From Geosiphon pyriformis uo1 (Eukaryota > Fungi > Glomeromycota): a stretch of DNA of 8,331 bases. Numbering within the stretch: the stretch's first letter is position 1; every line of letters begins with the position of its first letter. The DNA lies in contig JAAOMT010000565.1 in assembly GCA_016748015.1 (NCBI GenBank), positions 1 through 8,331 on the forward strand. The letters are read 5' to 3'. Made by a program: the position numbers and the translations under genes. The notes under the pieces were generated by a model that saw only the letters and a list, made by a program, of their open reading frames with translations, was not told where the DNA came from and ran no database searches. Shown piece after piece: positions 8,086 through 8,331 of the stretch.

Positions 8086-8331
8086 TACTGTATTTGGTTT
8101 AATATTATATAAAATTTAATAAAATTTTTTTTTTTTTATAAATAATATATTAAAAACACATGTATATTAACCAATAAAATTTAATTATATAAATAAAAAC
8201 ACGTGAAGATCATCATTTGAAATTTCGGACTGATCTACATTTTTGATGATTATAAATGGTTTGCACCATAGCATTATTTTTATTTTGACCACCCGCATTG
8301 TCACAAGTAATCTTCAAATGTTTTTCACCTT

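Overview
Very AT-rich eukaryotic repeat DNA with no intact gene. Bases 1-7798 are the 3' part of one heavily decayed Ty3/Gypsy (Metaviridae) LTR retrotransposon on the + strand, and its 5' end lies outside the window. Reading through stop codons and a few frameshifts gives this order: Gag C-terminus with CCHC zinc knuckle, Q/N/Y-rich linker, aspartic protease, an unassigned Cys-rich ~310-codon insert, dUTPase (all five motifs), a linker, reverse transcriptase, RNase H, integrase (HHCC, DD35E, GPF), an extra ~220-codon non-Env ORF, a polypurine tract, and a 970-bp 3' LTR (TGTTACTA...TAGTAACA). The LTR abuts the C-terminal remnant of an IS630/Tc1/mariner-type DDE transposase (7799-8085), so the retroelement is nested in a DNA transposon. 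Both elements are saturated with C->T and G->A transitions (RIP-like decay). A fungal, possibly Glomeromycotina, origin is my inference from resemblance and is not shown by the sequence. The most unusual points are the cargo (Cys-rich domain, dUTPase, 3' extra ORF), a possibly non-canonical RT catalytic motif, and a 6 x 20-bp phased array in the LTR.
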